Positions 63,811 through 64,000 of a stretch of 64,000 nucleotides of DNA are shown in pieces. The position numbers and the translations under genes are program-made. The notes beneath the pieces were generated by a model, which saw only the letters and a list, made by a program, of their open reading frames with translations, ran no database searches and was not told the DNA's origin. Source of the stretch: Chiloscyllium plagiosum (lineage: Eukaryota); the NCBI RefSeq assembly GCF_004010195.1, contig NC_057750.1, positions 8,762,684 to 8,826,683 on the forward strand, given 5' to 3'. How positions within the stretch are numbered: the stretch's first letter is position 1; the number at the start of each line of letters is the position of its first letter.

Positions 63811-64000
63811 CTGTTTCTTTTGTTCTAAATTTTATTAAACAATACACAGTTTACAAAACAATTAACATTAACAGCTGTATACAGAGAAGCAGCAATTTTA
63901 CAAGGGAGGGGAATGGCAAAGCCAGGCCCCAAACCCCAACATTCAACCAGTTTTCAGGGAAATGAGGACAAATCTCAAATCCCAGTTTCAGTCATCACAA

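Overview
This is repeat-rich vertebrate genomic DNA, most likely from a shark (the HE1-like tRNA-derived SINEs, HER1/CR1 LINEs and Deu-domain SINEs are typical of elasmobranchs). Three protein-coding genes can be reconstructed with GT-AG splice sites and consistent phases. On + are the last two coding exons of a neuronal bHLH-PAS factor (NPAS1 by synteny, with an NPAS3-type C-terminus). On - are a complete 4-exon TMEM160 (183 aa, including a 25-nt microexon) and a 5-coding-exon EGLN2/PHD1 HIF prolyl hydroxylase (~521 aa, last exon less certain). The rest is mostly CR1, Penelope-like, Gypsy and Tx1 relics, SINEs, one Tc1/pogo MITE and minisatellites. The most notable unexplained structure is a set of short (90-310 nt) Penelope-end-derived insertions, several flanked by target-site duplications (TSDs). 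They carry minimal type-I hammerhead ribozyme cores with covarying stem II; some are fold-back hairpins and several are sense to the host pre-mRNAs. Other notable signals are a ~70-bp-periodic array of five co-oriented CTCF-like motifs upstream of TMEM160, a staggered-break inversion signature in EGLN2 intron 1, and uORFs, E-box/HRE motifs, a coding minisatellite and a possible 3'UTR intron in EGLN2. All family assignments come from recalled sequence knowledge, not database searches, and repeat boundaries are approximate. Assembly gaps lie at 29876-29888, 33175-33210 and 60470-60796.
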